64,000 nucleotides of DNA, from contig NZ_JAUYTP010000039.1 of assembly GCF_030695125.1 (NCBI RefSeq), forward strand, positions 259 to 64,258, read 5' to 3'. Below, piece after piece: positions 63,886 to 64,000 of the stretch (positions are counted from its first letter, which is position 1; the number at the start of each line of letters is the position of its first letter). The notes under the pieces are model-generated. The model saw only the letters and a list, made by a program, of their open reading frames with translations. It searched no databases and had not been told where the DNA came from. Origin of the DNA: Bosea sp. (in: a-proteobacteria) (GTDB taxonomy: Bacteria; Pseudomonadota; Alphaproteobacteria; Rhizobiales; Beijerinckiaceae). The translations under genes were made by a program, and so were the position numbers.

Positions 63886-64000
63886 TCAACGCACCAGGGC
63901 GGTGTAGAGTGGCGCAGACGACCGCGCGCTCTTCACGTCCTTGACGGTCGCAGGAAAGCCCGCATTGGTGACAGCCTGCGCCAGCGCTTCTGCCGTCGCC
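63886..64000 (-). CDS. merP: MerP-like periplasmic mercury-binding protein, C-terminal part (gene continues beyond the window)
   Basis: The minus-strand translation ...ATAEALAQAVTNAGFPATVKDVKSARSSAPLYTALVR-stop is the C-terminal beta-alpha-beta of an HMA fold, in the position upstream of merF-merA. Confidence 0.5.
   Translation of the reverse strand, partial: ATAEALAQAVTNAGFPATVKDVKSARSSAPLYTALVR

Overview
High-GC, gene-dense accessory DNA that looks like an alphaproteobacterial (Rhizobiales-style) megaplasmid or ICE. I found no rRNA, tRNA or CRISPR array. There are six blocks, left to right. (1) 1-2.86 kb holds the end of a Tn5053/Tn402-type transposon (tniQ'-tniB-tniA plus 19-bp repeats). 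(2) 3.0-20.4 kb, all on the minus strand, is a [NiFe]-hydrogenase island. It reads: regulator, hupS, hupL, two HiPIP-like paralogues, maturation protease, a small hypothetical (108 aa), a TPR-like protein, two mini membrane proteins, a NifU-Rieske fusion, an NHL propeller, hypF-C-D-E, a 57-codon His-rich ORF, a short hypA, hypB, an IS5 stump and two hupE/ureJ-type genes. Subunit lengths, the absent Tat signal and the Fe-S ligand pattern point to a group 2a (cyanobacterial/Huc-type) enzyme. (3) 20.5-22.2 kb is a decay zone with a DDE transposase remnant and a broken xanthine-dehydrogenase/CoxSML-family operon. (4) 22.2-34.1 kb carries cbbR and a complete red-type Calvin cycle operon, cbbF-P-T-pgk-cbbA-L-S-X-E-Z, ending in a truncated cbbY at an abrupt junction. 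(5) 34.2-55.6 kb is a plasmid/ICE block. It has an apparently orphan AbiEi gene, then a 17-kb one-directional gene train (Toprim protein, 1711-aa methyltransferase-helicase, ParB-like nuclease, several unknowns, ArdC, DUF736, parAB) running into a candidate oriT with MobC and a relaxase. Only vapBC in this train is on the other strand. (6) 55.6-64 kb is metal resistance: a MerR-family regulator with a Zn/Cd/Pb P1B ATPase, ICMT, LspA and a PCuAC-like protein, then a chimeric scar, then merP'-merF-merA-merB. The best candidates for undescribed biology are these: the tandem cytoplasmic HiPIP-like pair immediately downstream of hupL, as a possible electron acceptor for a group 2a hydrogenase; the H2-uptake plus CBB module in a mobile setting; a recurring 15-bp dyad at three control points in the hydrogenase island; a 16-bp parS-like palindrome in five copies around parAB; and the coupled unknown genes in the putative leading region. 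All family calls rest on motifs read by eye and on recall of family signatures. No database search was run.
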